64,000 nt of DNA from Candidatus Eiseniibacteriota bacterium. Lineage in GTDB: Bacteria > Eisenbacteria > RBG-16-71-46. The notes below the pieces were generated by a model. It worked only from the letters and a program-made list of their open reading frames with translations. It was not told the DNA's origin and did not search any database. The DNA lies in assembly GCA_031364845.1 (NCBI GenBank), contig JANLWX010000007.1:1-64000 (forward strand), given 5' to 3'. Shown piece after piece: positions 62,220 through 64,000 of the stretch. Numbering within the stretch: the stretch's first letter is position 1; every line of letters starts with the position of its first letter. The position numbers were made by a program, and so were the translations under genes.

Positions 62220-63851
62220 ATGAGCCCCTTGCTGCCACCCGGCTCCCGCGCCCTTCGGCCGCGTCTACTGTATGCGACCGCACTCGCGTTGCTGCTCACA
62301 CCGTCGCTGGCGCTCGCCAGTCAATGCTTCCAGCCCGACGCCAGCGGCACCGTCTCCCTGCCCCCGGCGGGGTGCCCCTACGTCAGCCCGACGGACTTTC
62401 ACGTGATCGTGAACGGCCTTCCGCCGGGAACGACGATCAAGGTGGGTGTCGAACACTCGCGGTTCCTCAACGTCACGCACACGCCGGGCGGCTCGCTCGG
62501 AGGCGAGGTCGAGCAGTTCCAGTCGACGCTCCAGTTGACGCTCACCGGCACCGGTTCGCTGACCGGATATTCCCGATCGGTGCCGCTGAACGCGCAGTGC
62601 GTCACGCACGTCGGGCCGCGCACGCCGGGAACCTCCCCGCAGTCGTTCGACACGCAGATGCAGGGAATCCAGGGCCAGTTGCCTGCCGGTGATCCCGACT
62701 TCGATCTGCTGCGCATCACCGCGGGCAACGGATTCGGCATGCCGAGCCCGGGCCACACGACGTTGACGCAGCAGCCGGGCGGCAACTGGAACGTCGACAG
62801 CTTCTTCGACATCACGTATCGAATCGACTTCATCGGCAAGCCCGGCGGACCGCTGGGTGGGATGTCCGGCTCGACCACTGGGACCATCCGCATGGGTGCG
62901 GGTGAACCGCCGCCGCCGGTCCCGCCGTGCACGGTCGTGGACAACGGCACCGGCACCGTCGATCTGCCGCCTCAGGGATGCGGCTATGTCAGCCCCGACG
63001 ATCTCCACCGCATGATCGACGGTCTGCCTCCGGGCACGACCATCAACATCGCCGCGGAGCATGCGCAGTTCTTCAACGTCAATCACTTCCCCGATCCCGC
63101 GGGTGGCGAGAAGGAGCAATTCAGCTCGGGCCTCACGCTGCAGCTGAATGGCACCGGTGAGCTCTCCACCTTCCATCGCACCCTGTCGATCCAGACTCAG
63201 TGCCAGTCGGCAACGGAAGCTCGCGTTCCCGGCACGTCACCCCAGTCGTTCGACACGCAGATGGAGGGGGTCCAGGGCCAGATCACGGGTGATCCGGACT
63301 TCGATCTGCTGCGCGTCACCGCGGGCAGCAACTTCGGCCTGCCGAGCCCGGGGCACACGACGCTCACCTCGATACCGGGACCCAATGGACCCAGTGGGCC
63401 CGGCGCATCGTGGAACGTTTACAGCTTCTTCGACATCACCTATCGCATCGACTTCGTCGGCGCCCCGGGAGGAGCCCTGGCCGGACGCTCGGGTTCCACC
63501 ACCGCGACGATCCGCATGCAGACCGGCAATCCGGGCACGACCAGCGTTCCCGGGCTGGATCCGCAGGGTCCGCGCAGCCTCAAGCTCGTGAACCGGCCGA
63601 ATCCGTTCAACACCGGCACCTCGATCCTGTACCGGCTCACGCAGCCGGCCCGGGTTCGCCTGACGGTCTATGACGCGGCGGGCAAGCGCGTCCGCGATCT
63701 GATCGACGCCGCGATGCCGGCCGGACCGCACGCGATGTTCTGGGACGCCCGCAACGACGAAGGCCGCAAGCTCGGCGCCGGGCAGTACTTCATTCGCATC
63801 GCCATCAACGGCAAGCAGGCCGGCAGCACGAAGGCGACGATCATCAAGTAG
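62220..63851 (+). CDS. Secreted protein with two tandem ~200-aa repeats and a FlgD-Ig/T9SS-like C-terminal domain
   Basis: Duplicated GTV.LPP.GC.YVSP...SFDTQM...GDPDFDLLR.TAG...SFFDITYRIDF; NRPNPFN...WDARNDEG...GQYF tail; AGGAGG RBS. Confidence 0.8.
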   Translation: MSPLLPPGSRALRPRLLYATALALLLTPSLALASQCFQPDASGTVSLPPAGCPYVSPTDFHVIVNGLPPGTTIKVGVEHSRFLNVTHTPGGSLGGEVEQFQSTLQLTLTGTGSLTGYSRSVPLNAQCVTHVGPRTPGTSPQSFDTQMQGIQGQLPAGDPDFDLLRITAGNGFGMPSPGHTTLTQQPGGNWNVDSFFDITYRIDFIGKPGGPLGGMSGSTTGTIRMGAGEPPPPVPPCTVVDNGTGTVDLPPQGCGYVSPDDLHRMIDGLPPGTTINIAAEHAQFFNVNHFPDPAGGEKEQFSSGLTLQLNGTGELSTFHRTLSIQTQCQSATEARVPGTSPQSFDTQMEGVQGQITGDPDFDLLRVTAGSNFGLPSPGHTTLTSIPGPNGPSGPGASWNVYSFFDITYRIDFVGAPGGALAGRSGSTTATIRMQTGNPGTTSVPGLDPQGPRSLKLVNRPNPFNTGTSILYRLTQPARVRLTVYDAAGKRVRDLIDAAMPAGPHAMFWDARNDEGRKLGAGQYFIRIAINGKQAGSTKATIIK

Positions 63852-63875
63852 GACGGATTCGAGTTGGATGTACGG

Positions 63876-63910
63876 ACGAGGAGGGGGCCGATACGGCTCC
63901 CTCCTCGTTT
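63876..63910 (+). terminator. Rho-independent terminator (possibly bidirectional)
   Basis: ACGAGGAGGGGGCCG-ATA-CGGCTCCCTCCTCGT followed by TT. Confidence 0.7.
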
Positions 63911-63927
63911 AGTAGCCCGACCGCGGG

Positions 63928-64000
63928 TCAGGAATCCTTCGTCGTCGCGCCTTCGCGGGGTGCCGCCACGCGCAGCAGCGGCGGGAGCACGAGCAAGGTT
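63928..64000 (-). CDS. 3' end of a convergent gene, possibly an RND/MMPL-type membrane protein
   Basis: Reads TLLVLPPLLRVAAPREGATTKDS-stop into the terminator; only 23 residues are visible. Confidence 0.3.
   Translation of the reverse strand, partial: TLLVLPPLLRVAAPREGATTKDS

Noticed and set aside
62325..63530. Repeated DNA as a possible CRISPR array or DGR template/variable repeat pair
   Set aside because: The repeats are in-frame protein domain duplicates; there are no spacers, cas genes or reverse transcriptase.

Overview
High-GC bacterial chromosomal window, densely coding. Five secreted proteins end in a FlgD-Ig/T9SS-type-A-like C-terminal domain, which suggests an FCB-superphylum organism such as Ca. 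Eisenbacteria (inference only). Recognisable modules are: a dispersed reductive pyrimidine catabolism set (hydA 3' end, preT, preA, NCS1 transporter); two secreted GH57/GH119-like glycoside hydrolases; an M4/M36 peptidase; an ATPase-less Opp/Dpp ABC unit; a wHTH plus nucleotidyltransferase pair with tandem operators; split pntAa-pntAb-pntB; two SpoIIE/PP2C phosphatases; a full suf operon headed by a Cys-tailed MerR regulator; ArnC/ArnT-like glycosyltransferases; GIDE-LemA; and hsp20-lon. The best candidate for an undescribed system is the cluster at 29.5-34.3 kb. It holds a large adhesin with a C-terminal pilin-like domain (now disrupted), a small pilin-like subunit, a two-Ig chaperone-like protein, and a minimal protein carrying a putative donor strand plus a FlgD/T9SS-like sorting domain, with no usher in the window. 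No rRNA, tRNA, CRISPR array, integrase or transposase was seen. All family calls come from motif recognition by eye, not database searches.
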